DNA of 64,000 nt, from the NCBI GenBank assembly GCA_964187785.1, contig OZ076409.1, positions 61,320,001 to 61,384,000 on the forward strand. Direction: 5' to 3'. Positions 14,380 through 24,070 of the stretch are shown piece after piece. The stretch's first letter is position 1; the number at the start of each line of letters is the position of its first letter. Made by a program: the position numbers and the translations under genes. Under the pieces are notes generated by a model that had not been told where the DNA came from, searched no databases, and saw only the letters and a program-made list of their open reading frames with translations. This DNA is from Amphiscolops sp. MND2022. Its lineage: Eukaryota.

Positions 14380-14710
14380 AGCACCATTCTCAGCGCTATT
14401 TCCTTAGTTTTTGAATCTTTTGAAGTTTTGCAATTTTGAAAATTTTTTCAAGTATAATTCGTATGTTTTTCAAGAAGTCTCAAAGCAATCTTTCAATAGC
14501 TCAAGTAACTTCTGTCATACGTGGTTAATTGAATTCAAAACTGACATTTTTTAGTCTATGCGGATCTCACTTTTTTCGATACAAGATAAAAAGCAAATAT
14601 TATGCAAAGAAAAAAGTCAATTTAAAAAATCACTACAACACAAGTAAATAAAATAAGCACTTATTGCATGCTGTTTAAATCATTAAATCTATAAAGTAAA
14701 GTTCACACTC

Positions 14711-15307
14711 TCATTCACTTTTCTGTTGGTTTGCATCTCCCGCCTTTAGCTTCGTTTTCATCTCGATTGGGATCTCTCGGATGCTTCTTTTCTCCTCAAC
14801 CACTTCTTTCTCGCCATGAACAACCATGCGACCCTGGTCATCCATCTTGACCTTCACAGTATCCAGTTTGACCTCATCTGGAATTGTGAACACTCTCTGG
14901 AAAGATCTGGATTCTTTTTGTTTCCCATCTTCGCTCTCAGTGTTTTGTGTTCCCCTGATTGACAGGCAACGGTCATCAAGCTCCACCTTCAAATTTTCGG
15001 GACTGTAGTCAGAAGTGCCCAAAGAGAAACCCCAGAACTTTGGGTCCTCCGATTTCAGAGGCTGTAGACAGGCTTCGTTGAACGAATGACGATTGAGAAT
15101 TCCATTGGTATCCACATAAGGAAATCCTTGGAAAACTTCGTCTTCCAATCGCTCAAAGTCGTGTAGGGCCGAGCGAAGAATGGAGTCGGCGTTATTTTGC
15201 GAACGAAGATGTTGACGAGGAACTGGTCTCAGGGTGAAAACGTGAGGAGCAGCTCTACGTCTTGCTGACAAGGGATGGTCGAATAAATCTCCGTATAAGC
15301 TCAACAT
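14711..15307 (-). CDS. Small heat-shock protein (HSP20/alpha-crystallin domain), intronless, 198 aa
   Basis: Alpha-crystallin motifs YSPENLKVELDDRCLSIRG...RSFQRVFTIPDEVKLDTVKVKMDDQGRMVVHG and a C-terminal IPI (I-X-I) motif. ATG at 15307; open frame to TGA at 14711. Confidence 0.95.
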   Translation of the reverse strand: MLSLYGDLFDHPLSARRRAAPHVFTLRPVPRQHLRSQNNADSILRSALHDFERLEDEVFQGFPYVDTNGILNRHSFNEACLQPLKSEDPKFWGFSLGTSDYSPENLKVELDDRCLSIRGTQNTESEDGKQKESRSFQRVFTIPDEVKLDTVKVKMDDQGRMVVHGEKEVVEEKRSIREIPIEMKTKLKAGDANQQKSE

Positions 15308-15480
15308 CTTCAACAAATGTGATAATTTGTTTCAATGTGAATAATTATGAGCAAGAGAAAGAGTCAGTTATAAGTGAAATGGCGAATTCAATTTATTGTG
15401 TTTTGTCTAATCGAATTGTTTTGCTGAGAGAACTGAATAATGTATGATTTAAGGAGCGATGTGTTTGAGTGTCGTAAAAC

Positions 15481-15518
15481 AATGACTGAAAACTGAGGTG
15501 GATTGCCTTGTTTTTATA
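15481..15518 (-). promoter_or_regulatory. Core promoter of the sHSP: TATA box plus TCAGT initiator
   Basis: Minus-strand TATAAAAA at 15518-15511. TCAGT Inr with its A at 15487, 31 nt downstream of the first T of the TATA box. Confidence 0.85.
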
Positions 15519-15531
15519 TTTCGATAGATTG

Positions 15532-15575
15532 TTCTAGAATTTTCACGAAGTAGACTTTTCTAGAATGTTCTAAAA
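15532..15575. promoter_or_regulatory. Two heat-shock elements (HSF sites)
   Basis: TTCtaGAAttTTCacGAA (15532-15549, four perfect nGAAn units) and GActtTTCtaGAAtgTTCtaaAA (15553-15575), immediately upstream of the TATA box. Confidence 0.93.
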
Positions 15576-15663
15576 TTACGTCAACGACTGACTAATTGAA
15601 GTAGTCGGACTCTCGTTGTCAAATCAAATGGACTGACGTCATTGAATGGATGAATTTGATTGG
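15576..15663. promoter_or_regulatory. CRE/ATF-like sites and a CCAAT box upstream of the sHSP
   Basis: TTACGTCA (15576-15583), palindromic TGACGTCA (15634-15641) and minus-strand CCAAT (15659-15663). Confidence 0.5.
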
Positions 15664-16511
15664 CCAGTTTATTTCAAGTAACTGCAGACATGACTATTCG
15701 TGATTCCATTGGTACTGGATGTCAGAATTTCGTGACACTTGCGTGAAAACCACGGATTCGCATTGTACTACTACAATTTATGCTACTCGAAATTAATGTA
15801 GGAAAAAAGCGTTTTTTTGTCCGTGGAACCCCGTGTTTTTCAAAGTTTTTCTTAAATTTCAACTTTTTCCCCGTAAAATGTGTCGTGAAACTTACTAAAA
15901 TTCTAGTGAAATTTTAGCATCCCTATTCTGGAGTAATGTGGAAAAGTCTGAACATATACAGCACGTATAAAAGCATTCAAAATTTGGAGCTATTCCATAA
16001 TTTTTTATAAAAAAATTGGGTATTTTGCCACGAAGTTTAAATTCACGCGTTTGTTAATATTTGTAAGCATATCAACTTGTTTTATTCATTCAATAATTAA
16101 TATACTTGTGAAAAAGCCGTTTTCATTTTTTTTTTTTGGGGGGGGGGGAATTCCTAACAAGGTGTACATGGGGGGGGGGAATAGATCACATGGCCCTACA
16201 TTTCAAAAAGTGGACCATGTCATCTATTTCCCCCCAAACTGTGGCAGGGGGGAAATAAGACACAAGGTTCAAATACCATTATGTCGACATCGTTTGCGTT
16301 GGAATTTTGGTCCAATAAAATAACTGATGTCGACATAATCCTATCCATTACATTGGCTGTCAGTTAAAAGTTGCTCATTAGATTTTATAGTAGACAAAAT
16401 TTGGGCTGAAATATGGGCCTTTTTATACGATTTTAGCTTGTTCCACACGTGAATTTAAATAGCAGAATTTAAATAGCAGAATTTAAATAGCAGAATTCTG
16501 CTATTTTGGAC

Positions 16512-17380
16512 CAGGGGTGCCCAAAAATTAATTGCAATTAATTGCTGCCACTTCAACGATGAAAATCAATTAATTTTAATTGCTCTTCTGAAAAATTAAT
16601 TAACTGCAATTAATTGCAATTAATTGTATCTCTACTCTACTAAATAACAACACAAATAGTAATCACAATAATGAATTCAAGCAACAATTGATGCAACAAT
16701 TTGTTCGTTCCAAAATCTTTGATTTATCTTCAGGAAAAGTTGCATCTCCAAATTCATTGGTAGCAGACTTTGACGCAAATCACCGAATGAATATGTAGCC
16801 GAACTGAAGAATCTTTCCACCAAATTAGATGTGGGCAATATGAATTTGACGTTCATATATTGCGATCCAGCTTTTTCAATTTTTCGTTTTTTAAGAAGAG
16901 TCGCAGCAAAATCGATTGAAGTTTCACTGTTAGTGTCTGTCGGTAGATTTGAATTAGGGAGCTTTAGCAGGATAACGGCTTCTTTTTCGTTATCAGATAG
17001 TTCGTTCTCAGAATCATTAATAATTTTGATAATCGCAGCCTCAAAATCCGGACTGTGAACAATATCGGACCGCGTCCCACAGTGTGACTCAAGTCCGGGA
17101 AATTCCTTGATAACTTCATCGAACAGAAAACGAACATCAGCAATATCCGTAGATTGAAAAGATTGGTAAAACCAGTGTTCTTTTTCTGCGATAAAACCTT
17201 CCCACACGAACATTTCCACAGGTTATCAGCTTGGTTATCAGCTACATGTATTACACCAATTAATTGCAATTAATTGGAACGAAAAAATTAATTAATTTTA
17301 ATTGCAAATTCTAGCAATCAATTAATTTCTAGCAATTAATTGCAATTAATATTCAATCAATTAATTTTTGGGCAGCCCTG
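16512..17380 (-). mobile_element. Internally deleted hAT-like DNA transposon (869 bp)
   Basis: 23-bp TIR CAGGG(G/C)TGCCCAAAAATTAATTG; perfect 8-bp TSD TTTTGGAC (16504-16511 / 17381-17388); AATTAATTGC subterminal repeats. A BED-finger fragment (WKCSCGK...TGFTNL) is joined out of frame to the transposase C-terminus (LPTSNLVERFFS...LFLKINQRFW). Confidence 0.92.
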
Positions 17381-17776
17381 TTTTGGACAATATTATCAAA
17401 AAATCAGGGTGAATTTTTTTTGAGTGAAGTGTCAAAACAGCTGTAGAGACAATCCTCTAAGTATTTACATTCATATAATATTCTCTTATTAGTGAAATAT
17501 TTTTATTCAAGAACAAAATGTGCTTTCGTGTTGGGGGGATTCCTAACAAGGTGTACCTGGGGGTTTCCTTTCTGCGGAAAGATTTATGGTTTTATGGACT
17601 GTGTCGGTTTTTGAGAGAAATGTTATCCACCATGTTTCAATAAAGGAATCTTTTCTGTTAACCCCCCCCACACACAGTAAGCGCGGAAGTTTTAATTCCC
17701 CACCACTATCAGTGATGAGTTTCAGTTGCAGCTAGAGTTATGAAATACTGCAATTTGACTGGTTGTTATTATAAAT

Positions 17777-18164
17777 GGTGTCCGGACATTACGCCCAAAG
17801 ACATTACGCCCAAGGACATTACGCCCAAAACGGACATTACGCCCAAATGTAAATTACGCACAAGGAAATTACGATAATGTAATCAGCTATGCTCACATAC
17901 CCCTAGTGCCCTAAATGCAGGAGCGAAGCGAAGCGGAGCAACGTGCCAATATAGCCATGCCTCAATGTTGCTACTTGGCGAAGGGAGCGAAGCGACCGAG
18001 CCATACAACAAACATGCTAACCTCTTCAAATAATAACCTGAAAAAAATCGCTGCTATTCTCTTAGAATAGCCTAATTTCCTTGGGCGTAATTTCCGTTTG
18101 GGCGTAATTTCCTTGGGCGTAATGTCCTTGGGCGTAATGTCTTTGGGCGTAATGTCCTAGAACC
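17777..18164. mobile_element. Foldback element (MULE/Phantom-like) with GACATTACGCCCAA arms carrying cassette A
   Basis: GG...CC termini; arms built of ~15-bp tandem subunits; 9-bp TSD ATTATAAAT / ACTATAAAT (17768-17776 / 18165-18173); cassette A at 17874-18017. Confidence 0.85.
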
Positions 18165-18322
18165 ACTATAAATTCAATGATAATTTCACTTGACCGCTTA
18201 ACTGAGGGGGAATTAAATTGGTGGGGGAATAATTAACAGAAAAGATCCCAATAAAGTTCAACAAATTTTATTATCTAGTCTAATTAACCAGTTGAGCAGC
18301 GACCACTGACGCTTTTTATATT

Positions 18323-19375
18323 TAGGTCGCCATGAACCCGACGAACACAATTTTCGACCCTGAGAAAATCAGTTCGATGGTTCTGACCAAATTGAAGGAC
18401 ACGGCTGAAGCCTATCTTGGTAAAAAGTGACAGATGCAGTGATCATAGTGCCACCTTACTTCAATGACGCCCAGAGACACGCCACTATTCAGAAACTCGA
18501 ATTCCGATTATCCAGAAGCTGTTGCAAGACTTTTTCAGCGGCATCAATTCAACAGAAGTATCAATCCGGATGAAGACGCAACAGACCAAGTCGCGATTCT
18601 GTCGGGTCCGATACTGACCAGACCGTCCAAGACGTTTGCTTCTGGATGTTGGACCTTTGTCTCATTGACTCGAAACCGCTGGCGGTGTTTTGACAACACT
18701 AGTGAAACGAAACACGACCATATCATTCAAGAAGCCGCAAAATTCAGACAGATAGCCAGCCAGTGGTGATGATTCAAGTTCTCGAGGGGGAGCGGGCAAT
18801 GACTAAAGATAACATTTTTGGGAAGTATGAACTCTCTGGGATTCCCTCAGCTTCTAGAGGTGTACCCCAGGTTGAGGTAACGTTTGATATCAACGCAAAC
18901 GGAATTCTGAATGTTAGCGCCCGCCCAGGATCCAAGCACTGAAGTTAGCGAACGCATAACAATCACAAATGACAAGGGAAGACTGTTTCAAGCGGAGATT
19001 GACAAAATGGTGGTGAATGCTGAAAAATTCAAAGACAAAGTTGAAAAAGAACGGAGCCGAGTTGCTGCCAAAAATGCATGTGAGAGTTACGTGTTTCAAG
19101 CCAAAGCGGCAGTTGAGGACGAAAAAGTGAAAGACAAAATTGCAGAAAATGGCAAAAAGATGGCTCTGGAGAAAGTTGTCACGATAATCAGATGTCTCGA
19201 AACAAACCCATCGGCAGATAAGTTTGAAGATCAACATGAGATGGAAAAAGTGTTCATGAAGACTTTCATGTATGGTTCTGATGGCGCATGATTTCCTGGG
19301 ACTGCTGGGTTTGCTCTTGGTGCGAAACCCGGAAGTTAAGATTCTAGCGGACCAACAATCAAGGAATTTGATTAA
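18323..19375 (+). pseudogene. hsp70: Cytosolic HSP70 pseudogene with frameshifts and large internal deletions
   Basis: Colinear fragments [11 protein letters not shown] / [21 protein letters not shown] / YFNDAQR / RIPIIQKLLQDFF / SINPDE / [17 protein letters not shown] / [14 protein letters not shown] / [22 protein letters not shown] / ITITNDKGRL. Ends GPTIKEFD*, a degenerate GPTIEEVD. Confidence 0.95.
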
Positions 19376-20074
19376 ACAACCTGATTTTTGTTCCATTTAT
19401 AGTTTAGAAGGAAGAAATAGTGGATTATTTTTCTATTTACTCATGAATTCAAGCAATGTTATTGCACTTTAGTACTTATTTTTCATTAGGCAGCGGGTAT
19501 CGATTATCGAGAACATTCAGAAGACAAGCTAAAACTTACTTCAAACAACAACTTACTTCAAACAACAACTTACTTCAAAAAACCGGAAGAAAGAGATACT
19601 GCCTGTGTACTGGACTTACATACCCAAACATTGCGATCCTGCTAATATTTGTTCTGTGCGTGTTGGAACTGCAAAAACATTTAAAAACTAGCCTTCATGA
19701 TAAATTGAATTGGAATTAAAATTTCCTTGGGGCAATGCTAAAGTCTTTCTTATTTTCAATACTTCTATATTCATTACTATTTATATTATTTTAAAGTATC
19801 ATTTTACTTCAGAGGATAGTTGTATGAAATAACTGTTTTATATTACAAACAACTACAAACAACTTTCTACCCAGTTTCTACAAACAACTGTCAGATCTAG
19901 CGAGGGCGTTTGACGTCCAAGTACTAACGCGTCAATGCACAACGGGAAAAACGTCTAAATATTTAGACGGTATTCTCGTTTCAAGGTGCTTTTTGAAGAT
20001 TTTAAACACTAATATATCAGCCCAAATAGCTGAACAAAGAGTAAGAATTTTGAGTTGAAACGACGTTTTAGATG

Positions 20075-21570
20075 GGAAATTTGCACTGTGTGCAGTGACT
20101 CTGCAAGAGCCAGAGACGGATGTCTTTCTTGGACCAATCTGTGGTGGGATATGTGACAAGTTTGGAATCGAATATCCGGACACCCTCGGTGATTTTGTCC
20201 AGTATAGCAGCCTTGGGTTACTCAAGAACTTGCTGTAGCTGATCATCCCAATAGAACGTTGACGACGGCTCGAGATACTCGCGGAAAGGTGCAATGTCGT
20301 TGCGGAGGGATTCGCAGTGCGACACTTGGTTGATGAAGCCGAACCAAGATCGGATGTCAATGATGTTTTGTGGCGTAGGCAAGTCACGGATTGCGCAGAT
20401 TTGTTTGTCACTGAGCTGGATGTTGTTCGGAATGGTGACGAAGCCAGCAAACTCCACCGTGTCGGAGCCAAATACAAACTTTTTGGGATTCTGCACAATT
20501 CCGTGTCGACCGCAAATGTCAAGCCTGCGACATGTTTGGAAGAAGTTGTCTTCGAGTGTGTCTGCCCATAGGCATGTGTTATCGATGCATTTGGTTTTGT
20601 CGGGAAAGTTTTTGAGAATATCGTCGAACTTTCTGGAATCTTCTGGTGTACCCGTCCTGTGACGCCCCGTAGCCCTGTGGGCAAGATTGTACCGACCCCA
20701 TGGGGTATGAAACTAGTGAAATGGCGATCTTCTTCTCGCATTGGCACACCGTGATACCCGTTCCAAGCATCAATGATCGTCTTCTTGGTCCCTGAAGGTA
20801 CCAGCGTTGCCTGGTGAAACGGGGATTGGCGTGTTTCAAGGGCAGCATGGTTTTTGAGCACCTGCATGTCCTTTGTGCGTCGTGGCTTGCCGTTTCTATT
20901 CTCAGCCGTGACCATTCGTTGGCACCACGTAACCGGTTCTTCCACTGGAAATGACTCCAATACACCGGGTTTGACAATTCTGTCGATAAACACTTTGCTT
21001 TCTATTGCCAATGTAAGACCATGTCGTTGGTGTAATTGACTGCTCCAGATGGCTTGTGAGAGCAGTTTTTCGAGAACTTGCAGACAGACTTTAGCTTGAA
21101 CCGGTAAGTGAGCGGCAAAATTCCTAACATCTACTTCTCTGTCGTGTGCTTTCATTGTTTTGAGAGTCATCCTGCTCACCATGGCGCTATCAGCCTTCAC
21201 TGCTAGACACTTGATTGCTGCCAGAGCGTTTGTCTCTGTTGCCGTGGCAATGTTCGAATGGGAGCGGTGGAGGTCCTTGCGTAAACTGCCTTCACAACAT
21301 GCGAGGAGCTGTAAAGTGGCATCATAGTCGGCTATGCGAGTGGCTGTCTTGTAGGCGTCCCTCCTGGTGATGAAATGCTCCCAGTCTCCACTCATACTCT
21401 TTTTAGACACTTTTGGGCAAGACAATTTGTCAGGTTCAGCCTGTTGACAGGCGCCGGGTGCATGTGAATACCCGTGCCCCAAGAAATGTGCGACGGCTTG
21501 AGCTGCTTCAATATTCCCCGTGGCGCAGATACATCCTTCAATGGGGCAATTGAGCACCACCACTGGTCGA
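20075..21570 (-). mobile_element. Ty3/Gypsy LTR retrotransposon remnant (gag joined to RT, partial RNase H)
   Basis: Gag-like LQLLACCEGSLRKDL...LAVKADSAMVSRMTL; RT PVTWCQRMV...GKPRRT, DAWNGYH, PQGYGASQDGYTRRF, NPKKFVFGSDTVEFAGF, RSWFGFINQV; RNase H TDWSK.DIGFWLLQ. No protease region seen; frameshifted. Confidence 0.9.
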
Positions 21571-21789
21571 CTAGTGAACGACACGTTCACTAGTCGATTC
21601 CATTATTGGACCTCACGATATATGATGCTAAAAGGTAGATATAGGAATATGTTTGAAGCACACGATACGAGACAGCACTAGGTGATATTCATGAGCAAAA
21701 CAGTTTCAGTTCCGAACCAGTTCAGGCTTCGTTTGGGAAAGGAGTAAATGCTCTTTAATGTTTGCAAGATCTTTGTAGATTGCAGAAGT

Positions 21790-23220
21790 TGCTCTTCCAC
21801 TTACAGAGAATAGAGGATCATTTAGACTTTATGGACCTGTGTTTGTGGAATAAGTGTCATAAAACATTTGTTTTATAAAAAGATCCTCGGAAATAAAATG
21901 ATAATTAAAAAAACATCTATACATTTCACGATCTGTAATAAAAGAGTTTACGAAATCGTACAGTGTCGGCATACTTTTCCAAGAGAGCTGGATAATAAAA
22001 CTTGTACAGGTTCTCAAGAAGTACAAGTTTTTTGGCATTCCAAATTTGTTTCCAAAAGAAAACTATAAGGCGCATCCAAATTGTTAGCAATTCTCTTAGT
22101 TTTTTTCCATTCAATAATATTGTTTTCCAATAAGTCTGCCTGCGATTTTGGGCCGAACGGTGAACCAAAAATAAAAAGTGCATCTTTCGTTGGTGATTCC
22201 CAAAAAACGTTTTGGATAGATGCTAAAGCTGTCAATAGTCGTTTTTCAACGATGACTCCAAGGAAACTATTTTGAATTTCGTGGGTGTTTTCCGCTTCAA
22301 CGATTTTCGTTACTTTTTTTCCATCATCGAGGTACCATAAGGATTTTCGACTCTAAATTGTCAATGAGATCCGGACTGGAATCCGACAATAGAGCTGGAG
22401 ACTCCTGATAGTTTTGTTGGGTACCTCCACAAGATTTGATTACCGAATCACCGTGAAAAAGAAACTTTGATTTTTGTACGTCGAGTATGTAAGTTTTTCA
22501 AAAATTTTCTCGATAATGAATTGTCGGTTTTTTGAATTGAAATCGTTTTCAAAGTCATTTTTCAAAATGAAGTTTTCTTTGGGCTGGGATTTTCTATCAG
22601 ACAACGGAAACAAGTGAGGCCATTTCAGCGCCCTTTTTCTTCCCTATCTTGCTTGACGTGATTCGAAGACATGGTATCTGGCGCATTTTGCGGACAACCG
22701 ACGGAAAGTGTTGCATACAGCGATCGGAGGACATAGGGCCTTTTTAAGCACAAATAAAATTTGTTACAGCTCTGAGAAAATTCATTCCAGTTTGGCCGTT
22801 CATTCAAAGTTTGGAGCGAAATGTCGTTGTGGAATGACCTAAGAGCCTCGTGGAGGAAGAAGTACGAGGTGGAGAAACTCGAGAAACAATCGGTTTTGTG
22901 GGGATCGGAACAGAGCAAAGTTCCCTTTGCGGATGTTTAATCTTGAGGTTCGCGTAGTTGTTGACAGTGAAATTGCAATATTCATCGTTGTCAATTGCTG
23001 TCTGATTCCTGCCTTAACATTACCTTCATCTAATTCAGAGCAGACGAAGTCGTCGACCCATTTGGCTTTTCTGTTGCTGTTTTCCGTCGCGTTCCGATTT
23101 TTTCTCAATGACACCATCCCGTATGCGAAGGTTTTTTTTTGCACTGAGTGATAACATCTGACGTTTACCTTCACAGGTTATTTGGTATGAAGTCATTTGG
23201 CTGATTTTTTTTCGTCGAGT
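21790..23220 (-). mobile_element. Degraded non-LTR retrotransposon RT (CRE/R2-group-like)
   Basis: Fragments LDEGNVKAGIR, DFENDFNSKNRQ, WYLDDG, FGSPFG, PKNLYFLRT spread across frames with many stops. The clade is inferred from WYLDDG and GSPxG. Confidence 0.7.
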
Positions 23221-23378
23221 CATTTGGCCTAAACATCGGTAGCCAAATGAGGATAAAATTGAGCCAAATAAAGCAATGGCTCAAAACAACACTCTTAAAG
23301 ATCAAAACTGATATGAATTCTCAACAGAATGTTTAGGAGGTAGAGAAAAGGAATGTTTTGATTTTGTATGAAGAGTTA

Positions 23379-23516
23379 GCATTTTTGTTGTTTGACTCAC
23401 TTGGTCGCTTCGCTTTCTTCGTCAAGTAGCAAAATTGAGGCATGGCCATATGGGACATCGCTCCGCTCCTACTTAGGGCACAAGGGTATGTGAACATAGC
23501 TGACTACCCCATTATA
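23379..23516 (-). repeat. Cassette A copy (degenerate)
   Basis: Matches GGTCGCTTCGC...GTAGCAA.ATTGAGGCATGGCCATATGG...GGGTATGTGAACATA.CTGACTAC. Flanked by weak GAGCCAA(A/T)T repeats. Confidence 0.8.
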
Positions 23517-23586
23517 AGAATGAAAGGAAATCTGTCACGCGTTTTCAAGTTAGTGATTTCGAGCCAATTGACATTGAATTAAGCCA

Positions 23587-24070
23587 GGGCACGGTAATAC
23601 GTTCGAACGCATAAGTTCGAATTTTAATTTCGAATGGACTAAGTTCGAATTTTCCAAAAACCGGAATAACTTCGAATCACTGTGTTCGAACTTTGAACTA
23701 AGTATAAAACGTGCCTCTGATTTTCCCCCATTTCATCTTGTGCCCCGCTTATGGTCCCATCTTGCTAAGGGAGGTCGAACAGGAGCAAAGATCTACCGGG
23801 AACGGAGATCGCGAAGCGATCGTAGTGGGAGCTGGTCTTTGCGACGACGAGGGCGAGCGTACATAAACCGGATATGCCCCACATTTCAGTTTTTAGATTT
23901 CTTTAAATCCTAGGCGGTGGAGCTCTCAGGATCTTGTGTGAAGGATGTCCAGTTTACACCGGATATGCCCGTCCTGAAAATTGGAACTTGGTATCTTCAA
24001 ACTATTCCATTCGAAGTTATTGCACTAGTTCAAATTCGAGCTTAGTAAATCGAACTTATTGCCCGAAGCC
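23587..24070. mobile_element. Foldback element with AAGTTCGAA arms carrying cassette B
   Basis: Arms of repeated (T)AAGTTCGAA / TTCGAACTTA. Flanking direct repeat AATTAAGCCA at 23577-23586 and 24071-24080 (9-10 bp TSD). Cassette B at ~23711-23882. Confidence 0.75.

Larger units (their letters stand above)
16137..18248 (+). repeat. Family E repeat acting as host for two nested DNA transposons
   Basis: Homologous to 7351-7870 (reverse), 51133-52540 and 895-965 (reverse). Interrupted at 16512-17380 and 17777-18164. Confidence 0.75.

Noticed and set aside
19932..21590. 552-aa ORF as an intact gene
   Set aside because: It is Gypsy gag fused by deletion to RT and then runs out of frame; the later RT and RNase H motifs are in other frames.
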